Shown here one piece after another: positions 24,862 through 37,835 of a DNA stretch of 64,000 nt (position 1 is its first letter; the number at the start of each line of letters is the position of its first letter). The notes under the pieces were generated by a model. It had not been told where the DNA came from, did not search any database, and saw nothing but the letters and a program-made list of their open reading frames with translations. Made by a program: the position numbers and the translations under genes. The DNA is from Felis catus (lineage: Eukaryota). The DNA lies in assembly GCF_018350175.1 (NCBI RefSeq), contig NC_058369.1, positions 24,306,001 through 24,370,000 on the forward strand, written 5' to 3'.

Positions 24862-25852
24862 AGGAACCAACCAACAAAACTAAAAGGCAACCAACGGAAT
24901 GGGAAAAGATATTTGCGACATATCAGACAAAGGGCTAGTATCCAAAATCTATAAAGAGCTCACCAAACTCCACACCCGAAAAACAAATAATCCAGTGAAG
25001 AAATGGGCAGAAAACATGAATAGACACTTCTCTAAAGAAGACATCCGGATGGCCAACAGGCACATGAAAAGATGTTCAACGTCGCTCCTTATCGGGGAAA
25101 TACAAATCAAAACCACACTCAGATATCACCTCACGCCAGTCAGAGTGGCCAAAATGAACAAATCAGGAGACTATAGATGCTGGAGAGGATGTGGAGAAAT
25201 GGGAACCCTCTTGCACTGTTGGTGGGAATGCAAATTGGTGCAGCTGCTCTGGAAAGCAGTGTGGAGGTTCCTCAGAAAATTAAAAATAGACCTACCCTAT
25301 GACCCAGAAATAGCACTGCTAGTAATTTACCCAAGGGATACAGGAGTACTGATGCATAGGGGCACTTGTACCCCAATGTTTATAGCAGCACTCTCAACAA
25401 TAGCCAAATTATGGAAAGAGCCTAAATGTCCATCAACTGATGAATGGATAAAGAAATTGTGGTTTATATACACAATGGAATACTACGTGGCAATGAGAAA
25501 GAATGAAATATGGCCTTTTGTAGCAACGTGGATGGAACTGGAGAGTGTGATGCTAAGTGAAATAAGTCAGGCAGAGAAAGACAGATACCATATGTTTTCA
25601 CTCATATGTGGATCCTGAGAAACTTAACAGAAACCCATGGGGGAGGGGAAGGAAAAAAAAAAAAAAAAGAGGTTAGAGTGGGAGAGAGCCAAAGCGTAGG
25701 AGACTGTTAAAAACTGAGAACAAACTGAGGGTTGATGGGGGGTGGGAGGGAGGGGAGGGTGGGTGATGGGTATTGAGGAGGGCACCTTTTGGGATGAGCA
25801 CTGGGTGTTGTATGGAAACCAATTTGACAATAAATTTCATATATTGAAAAAA
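24862..25852 (+). mobile_element. Young 5'-truncated feline L1 (ORF2 C-terminus plus 3'UTR)
   Basis: ORF 24899-25618 is an open L1 ORF2 C-terminus (RCWRGCGE...[10 protein letters not shown]...MFIAAL...WMELE), followed by a G-rich 3'UTR and aataaa. Confidence 0.96.
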
Positions 25853-26863
25853 AATGGTTTAAAAAAAATAAATAAAGGGAGAGAGAAGGAAAAAAAAAGA
25901 AAAAAGAAACTATACAACTTGCCATGCTTCCTCCCCTGGAGGCACAGCCTCCATACCTGTTAGAAATGTACTACAGATTGAGCTCTGTGAGGGCATAGGC
26001 TTCCATTTATCCACCCTTGTATTTAGGCATCACACTCGGCATAGCAACTGGCACGTAATCAACGTATTTTTACTAAATGAATGTTATCACCCTAAAAGAA
26101 ACAGAAGAAAGCAGAAAGGAACCCATCTAGCCTTGTCACATAGAGAATGCTGGACGCGGGTTCTGGTAACTCTGTGAGCAGACTCTGAGTAGTACTTCTG
26201 TGGCTACATATTTACATTGCTTTACTCTTTAGCCCATCTCTGAGATCCCCTAATGGCTATAAATGTGATACTGGAAATGAAACACAGAAGAGAAAAGAAG
26301 GATAGCAGAAAGATCTAAAGTAAGAAAATTCTGAGAATGGAGTCCAGTCTAAAGAGCACCCCTGCTGACTGAGCTTGCTGACCTGCAAGCCCGTTATGGC
26401 AGGTGGTCTGCTAAACTAAAATAGCAACGGCTGATTCCTCTATTAGATGAACAAAGAGAGACCATGGAATTTACTGCTTAGAAAAGCTTTTTTAAGATTT
26501 CCTGAAAACCTTTTTACAGCATTAAAATTAAAACTAAAAACTCTATTAACATATAAGTCCAAAACATGAAAAGATATTCAACATCTAACATGAAAAAAAG
26601 CAAGTTACAAAATATAGATTGTTTTTTTGCTTTAAAAATGTATTATGGAAAATATAGAGGAAGATAATCTGAACTGTTCATACTGTTCAAGAGTCAGGAG
26701 TTAGAATTATGGGGAAGTTTACTCTTTCCACACATTACAGGGTGGATGCACTTTGTACATTATATAGTTCTATAATATTAGAATTTTCTTTCATAATTAA
26801 TATGTATTATCTCAGATGTGATCAGAAAAAATAAGAAATGCAAAAATAAAAGGAAACTGAAAA
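25853..26863 (+). other. Putative L1 3'-transduced segment (contains an L2 3' fragment at about 25930-26083 and an old L1M 3' fragment at about 26590-26850)
   Basis: Enclosed with the L1 by TSD aaaaattataaggaa (24847-24861, 26864-26878); aataaa at 26845-26850 followed by an A run. Confidence 0.75.
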
Positions 26864-28574
26864 AAAAATTATAAGGAAGACGGAATTACAAGGAAAGGAG
26901 CCTAAAAACTCATTCTCTTACCTCTGACAATAGTCCTCAACACAGAAATTTTGGAGTACATCAAATTAAAGGGGAAAAAAATTCTTCTGTTTTTCTCTTC
27001 TCGGTACAGTTCTGAACGCAAAGTTATTTTCCAGACAAAGATGAATGGAATTCTGCTCTATCTAATCTCTATAAAAGTTGTGAAAATAAACATCTATTTC
27101 ATTGGATAGGATGATGCCTGCTCTGAAAAGTAGCCATTTTCTGACACGTTCAGAGATGAATAGGCAGGCCCTGCACTCTTCAAGCTGTGGGCATTTGGGC
27201 CGCATGCCCTCACCTCCATAATCCTTTTCACACCTTGCACACCTTAAACAGATCCTGCAAGAGTGCTTTCTGTCACCAATGAAGATAAGAGCAGTTACAA
27301 ATTGGACAATAACAACAATATTGCAAACAGAAAAAGAGAGACACTGTTATCCTTCAAAGAAATCATGTTACTCATATACACACCTTCACTACTCCTATAA
27401 GTTTCTGAGAGGCTACATTCTAATCCCTTTTTTAAAAAACAGCGTTGTGATAATAACAAAACCTACTAATATTTATTCAATGCCTTAAGTACAACATGCC
27501 AGCCTAAGGTGTGATGATGAGGTAGAGTATCATTCTTCCTGTTTTCAAAGAAAGGAAGTGAGCTTCAGTAAAGGGAAGGACTCAGCCCATGACCCCACAT
27601 CCACTCAAAGTCAGAACTGAGGCTCATCTGTCCCTCAGAATAGCTTTAAACACTAGGAGACCTGGAGTACATAATGACAAACAAACAAGAACTCAGCTCC
27701 AAGAACTCAGTTTTTCTGCCTCCCAAATCAGGGCCTGGAGAAGTCATTATAGTTTTAGTGTCCCAGTAATGTAGGACAGGAAGTCATTCATTAGAGAAGA
27801 AAATACACTAGGATGGAAATACTCTACCCAGCAGGAGGAAATTGGGTTGCTCTAAGCTACAGAGGAGAGAAGCAAGATGTTTGTGTTCAGACCTGCTGAG
27901 CTAAGGGAAGTAGGCTGTACATGCCTCGGCCAAATAGCATCACATCTTCCCCTCATCCTCTACAAACTCTATTGGTATTGGAAGCATAAAAATGGTTTTT
28001 GATTGGGCTTCTTTTCAGAGTAAAGTTTAAATCTAGTAAAATAAGGCACGTCCAATAACAACTGTTAACCAGATCCTTGTCACCTGGATGTTCTTACACT
28101 CATATTTTATTCAAACGTTCACTGGCTAACCTTTCCCTCCCTTAACTTCACTTATACAGCACACTAAACACTGGAACTGCAAATTAAATGCCAAAGAGGA
28201 CAGGCCAGTGACACTCAAGATTAACTGGTTGGGTGGGGACTGGGGAGCACAGTCACTGCTGTGGGGCAGCCAGCCACTGCCAGCCCCCAAGGTTGTCAAG
28301 AGGACATGATGGCACTGCTGAGAGCTTCACCCTACTCAAGAGAAACTAGAAATCTACATTATTATGTGACATGTTATGATTTTTTCATTTCTAGCCACTT
28401 TTTTTTAATTTCCCAAAGGAAAAACAAAACAAAAAAAAGACACTGGGTGAGCCCAGTAAACTAAATCTGGGTTGGATTCACCTTGCGGGTTTCCAGCTTG
28501 TAAAACTTCTGCTAAACACAACAGTTAAAGAATGAGGAGTAAGTTAAGATCATTTCATTAAAAAGAACAGAAGA

Positions 28575-28788
28575 GGGGCGCCTGGGTGGCTTGGTCGGTT
28601 AAGCGTCCGACTTCGACTCAGGTCATGATCTCATGGTCCGTGAGTTCGAGCCCCGTGTCGGGCTCTGTGCTGACAGCTCGGAGCCCGGAGCCTGTTTCGG
28701 ATTCTGTCTCTCCCTCTCTCTCTCTGCCCCTCCCCTGTTCATGCTCTGTCTCTCTCTGTCTCAAAAATAAATAAATGTTTAAAAAAAA
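28575..28788 (+). mobile_element. Young CanSINE
   Basis: TSD aaaaagaacagaaga at 28560-28574 and 28789-28803. Confidence 0.95.
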
Positions 28789-29745
28789 AAAAAGAACAGA
28801 AGAGACAGCTTAACAGAGTTATATTTTCCAAAGAAAAGGTTTACTTTGAATTTATAATAAGACAAAGAAGAAATATATCATTTTAAATTCTTTACATTGA
28901 TATTTTAATATTCTAAATTTCTAAAAGTTTCAGGGAAGAAGTTGTTGAATTTCTTCCAATGAATCTGTTGATACTGTTAAGTAGTTGGGTTTGTTTTGTT
29001 GTTTTTCTTATTGTCACTTTTACTTTAACTGAACGCTTGTCAAAAAAATCTATGCATTATTCACCAAATTAGTACACTAAACATTATTTTCAAACATTAA
29101 TTTTACAACTTTTTTTGTCAATATTGACCAGGTCCATGCTTTATGTTGAGCTTTAAAGAAACAAACAATGGTGAATGAGATACTCCTACCTTTTTCACTG
29201 GGCTGATAACCTAGCAAGAAATACAATTAAATAGCAATCCAAATAGTTTGGCCACCTCCTATGATAAGGAAAACTAGACAGTACTATGGGACCACCTAAG
29301 TTACTCTAGGATGAATTAGGGAGAGCTGCCTGGAGGAGGATATTAAAGCTCAGAGTGAAGGCACAAAGGTCAGTGAAAGGAAGGGAATCATCTGAGATGG
29401 AAAAGACTTCAAATCTAAAGGCAGGAAACAGTGTTACTGGTTGGGAAACCCCAAAAGAGCTGATGTGCCTGCAGAGTTAAATAACAGGGATGAGTGGAGA
29501 GCAGTAGAGAGAGGAGAAAGGTGAACTGAGCCATGCTGTGGATTTGGGGTCTTACCTTGATGGCAATGAAAAATGGCATAAGGAGATAATGCCCTTGAGA
29601 AGGAGCACTCAGCAAAGATATAGTGGTGCCAAAGTATCAACATGTGCACAGATGCACCCTTCCTTCTTCTAAGTGGATGACTTTTCACTTGCTGGGTCAG
29701 TTCTCAGGCTCCCTCTTATACAAAATTCAAACAATGGACTAAGCT

Positions 29746-29892
29746 AATGGCTCTCAACCAGGACAATTTTGCCTCCCAGGGAACATTTGATAATGTCTGG
29801 AGACATTTTGGGGTGCAAGGGCATGTGACTGATATCTAGTAGGTGGAATTGTCCAGCCCCAAATGTCAATAGTCCAAGGCTGAGAAACTCTG
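29746..29892. mobile_element. MER20-like hAT element, internally deleted
   Basis: ctctcaacca...aattttgcctcccagggaacatttg...aatgtctggagacatttt...aaatgtcaatagt...tgagaaac. Confidence 0.75.
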
Positions 29893-31032
29893 AAATCAGC
29901 TACAAAAAAACATTTTTAAGTCAATCCATATATTTTTTAAAAGGGGCACAAGGGGACAGGATGAGAGATTCCAAAAAGCTGCAGGACTCTGATATCAAAA
30001 GAAGTGTGCAGGGATTTGAGAAGCTACAGAATAGGTGAGTGTGAAATAAGGAACCTGAGATAAATAAAAAATGGCTGATAGGAAACTCTGCTGCACTACT
30101 AGCCTGATGCTGACACACTGTAGGAAACCAGTAAGTATTTTTCAGATGTATGAATTAATGACTGAACAATAGATGAATGAATGAACTGGATATCTGAAAG
30201 AGTCACAAGAAGAGAGGACTGAGACCATATTTGTAACTATGACTCCGATATGACAGTAGAACCCATGTCAACATCTTAGTTGTTTGTTCCTGGAAATCTC
30301 TGCTCTGAAAGGCTATACACCAATAAATAAATTGACTATTAGCTTCCGGAAATTCCCACTGGTCAATTTATTGGGACAATAATCTATTCATCTGGTCAAA
30401 CCATTTACTTATCAACCACAGTTATTTATCATGATTCTCTTCAAGACACATTGCTGCATTGACTAACTCTAAATTATTATATGACTCTTCTGAGAAATAA
30501 ACAAGCAAAAATAGTTCTAAAATAAACTGGGGGAGAAAATCAGGTAATCATATCAAGTATCATTCTGAAAAAGCCTGGATTAAGGAGAACAGTCTCCCTT
30601 CCTAAAACATAAAAATAGTGTAGCCTAAGGCAAGATACAGCAGTAATCATCAGGCTGACAGGAGAGAGAACTTCAGAACAGAGCCAATTATATATAGGAA
30701 ATGTAGTGAGACTGAATCAAAAACAATGAAGAAAGACCATTAAGTAAATTGCATTAGGATAAATTAGTCAAATAAAAATATTTAATTTAGACTTATACTT
30801 TGCAAGATATGCTAAAATAGACTCTAGATAGATTCTACCAAGCAAGTTTCTTCAAATAAAGGCAAACTGGCTAAATAATTACTCTCTATGCACCTAATGG
30901 AGTACAATGCAGTAGTGAAAAGCATGAGGTCAACTATCTCTTTGGGGTAGAATGAGTCCTTGGGCATACTGCTAACTGAAGTTCCTGTAGGTGTACAACT
31001 ACTGACATAGGACACTTCAAACTTCGATGTTT

Positions 31033-31237
31033 TCAAAAAAAAATTTTTAATGTTTACTTATTTTTGAAAGAGAGAAGGGGGGAGGGGCAGAGAGAGAGTG
31101 CGACACAGCATCTGAAGCAGACTCCAAGCTCTGAGCTATCAGCACAGAGCCTGATGCAGGACTGGAACCCAAGAACCCTGAGATCATGACCTGAGCCAAA
31201 GTCAGACGCTTAACCGACTGAGCCACCCAGGCACCCC
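31033..31237 (-). mobile_element. CanSINE within old L1M-like sequence
   Basis: TSD aaacttc(g/a)atgttt at 31019-31032 and 31239-31252. Confidence 0.93.
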
Positions 31238-33507
31238 TAAACTTCAATGTTTAAATTATTTTGACCTTATACATGTATCCTGCTTTCAATCAATTTAGAT
31301 GTGCACATAAAATGCCATAAAAGTGGTTACATTCTTTGATCCAGCAATCCAAATACTCAAAGACATTCACACTGAAATATTGTCTTTATCAGTGAAAATT
31401 TTTAACAACAACTGCAATGACTAAAAGTGGGAGTATGGCTGGGGAAATCACAGCAATGTAATTAAGAATAAAAACCAGAAGACATCATCACACAGACACA
31501 CTTTTAATGACATGATATTAAAAAAAAAAAAACAAAGGCCTAAATTTTAGGTATATTATAAAAGCAGCTATGTCAAATGTAATGTGAACACTGCATAACA
31601 AAGATGAAAAGGGAATATGGGAACAATTTTTAAAATTCTGTCATAATATTAAAACTGTGATTGATTTAAACATTAATAATAGCATTACAGCATATTAATA
31701 AGACATTAAAAGTGGGAGGAAGAAGGATTTCTGGAAAGTAGCCTGTAGGCAGTATTGAAACACGTAAGTATTTTTCAAACTTTTACCCAGAATGATGTGA
31801 CACATCAAATACAGGCTTATTTGATTCTACAAAGCTAAATGAATAATCAGAGATTTATCCAGAATGAAAAGCAGTGGGAAAAGCCTTTGAACTCACATCT
31901 GCCAAAGTTACCTGTGGAGTCCAGGACATACACCTGCTCTTGTTAGGATCCCCACCTGTTCCTATGGAATAGCCCTGTCTCTTTGGATTGTTGAAGGGAT
32001 CACTACCCCCCCGATGCTTTCACAGTGGGGTTGGCAGGGGTGGGAAGCCCACAGCCTGACAATCACTCAAGGACTCCAGGGCTGTCTCCAATTGAAGGCC
32101 CGTGGTCTCTACATCCCTATTACAGACCCAGGAGCATAACACATCACATCTTCAAATTACAAGAAAAATCAGCCAAGTAAAGGTAGGCATGTGACATTCT
32201 CCCCCACAGAGCTTATAAAATGTCCAACAAAGAAATGTAGGTGCTGCATTTGAAAAATATTTTTACAATAAAATTTGTTTCTCCATCATGAAGTACAACC
32301 CAGAGCCCACCCTAAAGGAAGATGCCCCTGAGAGTCCTCTCTTTGACCAGTCACCTTTGAACATGTCCTTGAGGCTCTGCCCTTAAGAACTGGAGTCCTG
32401 TGTTTCAGTCCTAGTGTCTGAAGGAGATTCTCTATCAACCAAGACCAGTTTGGACAAAAGTGAGAAAACAAGCAACCAGCCCATTCTCTCCCTCCCCCCG
32501 CCTCTCTCTCTCTCTCTCAATAACTGCAAGAGTGTACTTTCTTCTGGTTTTGGTATTGATAATGTCCAAAAGCACCAAAGGGGAAAATCTGCCAAATAAG
32601 GGGGAATCAGAAAAACAGCAGCAGGTCAGGAAGAGAACCAGAGCGTCTCTCAGAGCAGACCCCTCCCAGCAGCACCCACACAAGAAGACTTAGTAAGTCA
32701 GCCATACCCATCATTAAGCCATCTAAGCCAAGAAGAAAACAAAGATGATGGTCTAAAATCCATTCATAGGATTTCAAGACAAAGATGGTTTTACCTAACT
32801 TTACAACAGCCAGTTTCCACTGAACCATATCACAGCTCCACAAGAAAGGCCAAATGGCTCATTACAAGAAAAGTTCCAACGACTGTTACTTAATGTTTAG
32901 CAGCGGTTGCTTGGCTTGGCCACTGCAACAAATATTGCTGAACTGTTTAACTTACGAGAGACATTTAAAAGCTAAAAAGCCCAAATTCTAAATATGTAAT
33001 TCATAAAACAGCATATTTTCTTTAATTCATTTTCTCAAAGTTTACAATATCTGTACTAATTCTCTGTAACTAGATATGTTCTGGATACATTCTCAGAGAA
33101 TCTGTGCAGAATAAAAATTTGAAACATCTTAAAACTAACTAAAAACATCTTTCCAGTATGCTGCAAGGCAAATGCTTTTTAGATGTTTTGCATTTTTATG
33201 CTAAACAGTGCAGCTGCAATTGATAAAAAGCAATCAAGCTAATTTAAGTCAATCAACTCCAGGAGGTTCTCATCACTTGGATAAAAATGCTCTCTCACTC
33301 CTTAGAAAATAAATAAAGATTTAACAGAATGAATGCATTTTCTCGACCCTGTTTTCTTGCCATTCCAAAGGCAGCATATAACCAAGAAATCATGTTAAGC
33401 AATATCTGTCACTAGTTTAAAGCATAATGCAAACTTTAAAGTCATGTTTAATTAAGCAATCCTAAGCAATAGCATATTAGCAGAGAGTAACAAGCCTTGA
33501 GGGACAG

Positions 33508-33509
<2 letters not shown>

Positions 33510-33597
<88 letters not shown>
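33510..33597. repeat. Compound (TC)n(AC)n microsatellite
   Basis: Seen directly. Confidence 0.95.
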
Positions 33598-33599
<2 letters not shown>

Positions 33600-34654
33600 A
33601 AAGGCACAAAATTGCTGTTAGAGAAGCTATCAATTCCTCTGTAGTCTCTAAGGAGAATATCACATTAAACCATTTAGTTCTGGCTGGTTGTCATTATTAA
33701 AAGATGATCCTGGAGTTTTAAAATCACAATTTAAAATATGTAAGTTCAGGGATAAACTGGAAAGCAGAGTTCATGCATTTAACTAACTTCATATATTATG
33801 AGAAAACCAGTAGGGGTGGTTGCAAAGTATTTTACCATGATAAAGATAATACATGTTTAGGATTCAGGACGCAAAGGGGAGGAGAGAGTCTAAATTTCTC
33901 ATTTCCACTAGCGGTTCAACACCACACTCCTCTGACTACAAAATTCTAAGATGCATGCAAGCATGGCCCAACACATAAACCCTATAAAGACCTATCATCA
34001 GAGATATTAGCTACCTGGGCAGGAAAAATAGACCAATGCCATATAATCTTTCAGGCAAGTGGTACCCAAAAGACAACATGAAAAATCTGGATAAGCTTCT
34101 CTGCCTCTCATGGTATGAAACCATGGAAAGTTACTGAGCAACTCCAAATGTGTGTTTCTCCATCTTACAGATGGGGGTGTTAATATCTGTTTTGAGAATT
34201 AAATGGCTTGACAGGGCCCAACATACAAGCTCTAGTTCACAAGACAGACATCAGCTGCTGTACCAAAGCCTCATGTGAACACGAGTTTTCTTTCTTAGTT
34301 TTTTGAATATAAGAATAGGGATGCATTAAGGAAAAGGCAATGATAAAGAACTGAAATTGAAAACATTATTCTGAAAAGCTTCTATGAAATTAATCATGTA
34401 AGTAATACTGAAAAGATGAATCAGGTGATTTTTATGGTGCTTCAGAGCGTATCTTCTGACCATGAACATGCCTATGCCTGGTGTTGAGGACAGAAGATGC
34501 TTGCCTGGAGCAGCTCTCTGCAATGGAATGCCCACATCCTGAAACCACACACTTTTAGTGGGGTGTGTGTGTGTGTGTGTGTCCTCTGTAGGAATATCAG
34601 AATTTCTTTAAACTCCTGAAGGACACAATTTTCTTGCATTGTCAAGGACATAAG

Positions 34655-35178
34655 TATATTAATTATACCTTTTCACTTTCTGTATTCTGATGTTTTGACA
34701 CTTGTGGCCTTGCTGACCCCAAAACTGCCTCTCTCAGGGCCAGCCAATTCCGAAAGAGAGTAAAAGACTCAACCTTTCATGTGCCTTTCATGTGCAAATT
34801 AACGAATCCAGAGCCCACACCCCCACCCACCTCCTCCATCAGGCTTTTACACTCTGTGCCACTCCTGTTCCAATCACCCCAAGCAAGATACCCCTAGGCC
34901 CCAGACACCTCTGAAATTATTCAAACTAGCAATCCTAAATGAGCTTACTCTACCACATTCATTCTCTCCATGAAAACCACAATTAAGCCTCTTTCTCATG
35001 TTTTCCCCTCATTCCTTCTATCTCCTGACAGACTCTGGTGCTTCCCTGTGAGGCACCCATGGCCTGGCATGGCCCCTTCTCTTTCTTAGGAACTGTAACA
35101 AACTATCCAGTTGCAATTGTCTCCTGATTTGTTGGCCTCACCAAACCTAAATAAAAATTAAATCTACATTGTGAAACA
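34655..35178 (+). mobile_element. Solo ERVL-type LTR (MER74/MER54-like)
   Basis: tgtattctgatgttttgaca...ggccttgctgaccc...agccaattcc...ctgaaattattcaaactagc motifs; ends in CA; flanks ataag/ataaa resemble a 5-bp TSD. Confidence 0.65.
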
Positions 35179-35599
35179 ATAAAAAAGCCATGCTTCACTC
35201 TTTAACCGTCACCTAAGCATTTATGGCTCAGAAGCCTGGCTTCAGGAACATTTATGGTTGCAGTGGGTGGGGTGCGGGGGAGTGATACTGTTTTCCGCCA
35301 TGGAAATGCAAGTAGTAAGGGCAATTGTATCTCTGGTATTGAATTTGGAAAAGGCAAATTTATCCTGCTGCATGTGATGTCAAGGCATTAATGTCTTGAG
35401 AGCAGAATAGCAAACTTTTGTATCTTCTTTCAGGAAAAAGGAGATCACTTTGCAGTCTCTAGGAATGGCAGGCATCCGCAGAAGGAACAGTTGCATATTC
35501 ATTGAGACGACACCACATACTCGGAGTCATCTGTTCCAGAAATATTTCATTTAATATTCATAAAGTCAGACTCTCCACATCTTTCCATTTGCCCTCCCC

Positions 35600-36965
35600 T
35601 CTCCAGCCACACAACACCATGAAGATTTCCCTGAACACACCTTTTTTCTTGTCCCTTTATCTTTGCTCACACTGTTCCCTTGGCCTGGAATACCGTTCCC
35701 TCTCCTAGCCATTTTTGCCCACCAGGATTCTTTTATCCTGCAAGTTTTAGTTTGCCTCCATGATGGAGACTTCCCAAATGCCCCTTAGTCTGGAGGAATT
35801 GATTCTTCCCCTCCTCTCTGACATCTCTTTCCTGTTGCCTTCACACCCACTTCAGCCCTCCCTAGAGAGTGACCTTGGGCCAGTCTCAGTTTCTGCACCC
35901 GTAAATCAGGATAAGAAGAGAACCCCTTTGCAGAGGGGTATAAGGGTATGAAAATGGCATGAAGCCTGACACAATATAAAAGTGCTAGTAAGCTGTTCAA
36001 AAAGAAGGAAGATGAAGAGAAATGATAGCTGCAGTTCAGTAAGTACATAGGAAAAACCACACTAAATGAGTGCTTGCTCTGTGCAAGGGGTTCATCCAAG
36101 TGTATGCTGCATTATCATTTCAACGTCCAGTGAGCAATCCAAATGCTCAGTACAGGCTGGAGGAAGGAGAGGTCACCATGGCAATGAGAACAAGCTTCTT
36201 GGACACAAGGGTTTCGAGGTGAGCAGATTTCAGACAGTGGGAAGCAAAAAGCAAGACTACCTTGAGCAGAGGAAATACAACAACAAAAAAAGCTGTCCCA
36301 GGGATAGGGAATGGGTCAGCCCACAGGAGTGACTGAAGCAGTCCTTTTACCCACTCTATCTTGATTACTCATGGGATGACAGGTGACACAGTGATGGAGA
36401 GTTATGTTCAAGGGCTTTGGTGTTACATGGGCTGGAATTAGAATCCCAGTTCTGCCACTTCAGAATGTGAGGCCCAGAGTTAAGTAACTCACCTCTCTAG
36501 AGCTCAGCTTCCTGTTCTGTAAAACGTGATGGTTTTGTAGGGACCTACAACTTATGTGAGCACCATGTTTGGGCATGGAGTAAATGCTCAGTCAACTGTA
36601 GTGTTTGTTACTAATATAAGCAGGGTTTATACAATTAGGATACTTCTATTTAAGAGAACTATTGTAAGGGTTAAAGGAGATGATAAACAAAGCTCCCAGA
36701 CAGTGCCTAAAACATCATAGGTGAGCAATAAATGCAAAGTATTATTGTCAGTGGTGGCAGTAATAATACTGATATAACATGCACCAGGCTCAGCATTAAC
36801 AGCAGGGGTTTCTGAGAACAAAAAGAAAGAAGACAGTATTAAGAACAACAATAAATAGCAGCATATTACATGCCAGGCACCAGGCTAGGTCTTTTCCATG
36901 CACTAATTTGTTCCTTTATACAGCCGCATGTATAGGTAGTATAATTTCCAGTTTTCCATTGAGGA
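35600..36965. mobile_element. Cluster of L2 and MIR fragments
   Basis: tgttcccttggcctggaa (L2); gtgaccttggg...ctcagttt, gaatcccagttctgccactt and acagtgcctaa...aataaatg (MIR). Confidence 0.6.
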
Positions 36966-36987
36966 AGCTCCTACCAATACTCTTAAG

Positions 36988-37279
36988 CAGGATTTGGCAA
37001 ATTCTTGGGTAAACGGCCAGGTAGTAAATATTTTTGGCTTTGGAGGCTATGTAGTCTCTTTTCCAGCTAATCAATTCTACCACTGTTATGTAAAAGCAGC
37101 CCAAGACAATATATGAATGAGCCAGTATGGGTGTGTTCCAATAAAAATTTATTTACAAAATCTGAAACTAATGTAACATATGTGTGTGTGTAACTGTACT
37201 TCAGTAAAAATTAGGAAAAAAAAAAACAACGCTGGCAGTAGTAAGATCTGGCCTGTGGGTTATGGTCTGTTGACCTCTG
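36988..37279. mobile_element. MER58A-like hAT element interrupted by a ~55-bp L1 3' terminus (37171-37226)
   Basis: ggccaggtagtaaatattttt...gtgttccaataaaa...tttatttacaaaa, then ctgaaactaatgtaaca...A run, then the MER58 end resumes. Confidence 0.75.
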
Positions 37280-37569
37280 CTTTAAGCCATTGAGATTTTT
37301 GAGGTTGTTATGACAGCATAACCTAGACCATACTATCTGATAAAACCACTACTACACTTGACAAAGGGAATCCTGCTGGAAAGTGGTAAAGAAGTAATGG
37401 CACTTCTGTGTTCCTCTAAAAGAACATTTGTTAAAACAGAAACATGTAAAACTGACTTGGGTTCAGATTGTTATTTAATCTGGTTGAATCATATCAGTGT
37501 GATTTCAGTGCCTTATAGAGAGGGCACATCCCGGACCTTTGGCCAGAAATGCTATTCCATCCCCTTCTC

Positions 37570-37835
37570 ACCTGATTTATTCCAACTCATCTTTCAGATC
37601 TAAGATCAAGCCTCTCTTTCTCCAGGAAGGCCAAACTAGAACCAGATTAGATTTTGGCAGAGCACTTAAGTTCTTTTTCTCATTATAAGCATATTACTGA
37701 AATTATTTGATTAATATCTTTCTCTTCTACTGGATAGTAAGCTACAGGAAGGCCAGAGCTATATCTGGTTTTGTCCACTGTGGCATCCCTAACCCAGTGT
37801 CTGGGATGTAGTTGATACTCAATAAATATTTGTTG
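37570..37835 (+). mobile_element. L2 3' fragment
   Basis: tctccaggaag...gtaagct...ttttgtccactg...agtgtctgg...ctcaataaatatttgttg. Confidence 0.65.

Noticed and set aside
24899..25618. 239-aa ORF as a host or novel gene
   Set aside because: It is the C-terminus of L1 ORF2 in a 5'-truncated copy with no promoter.
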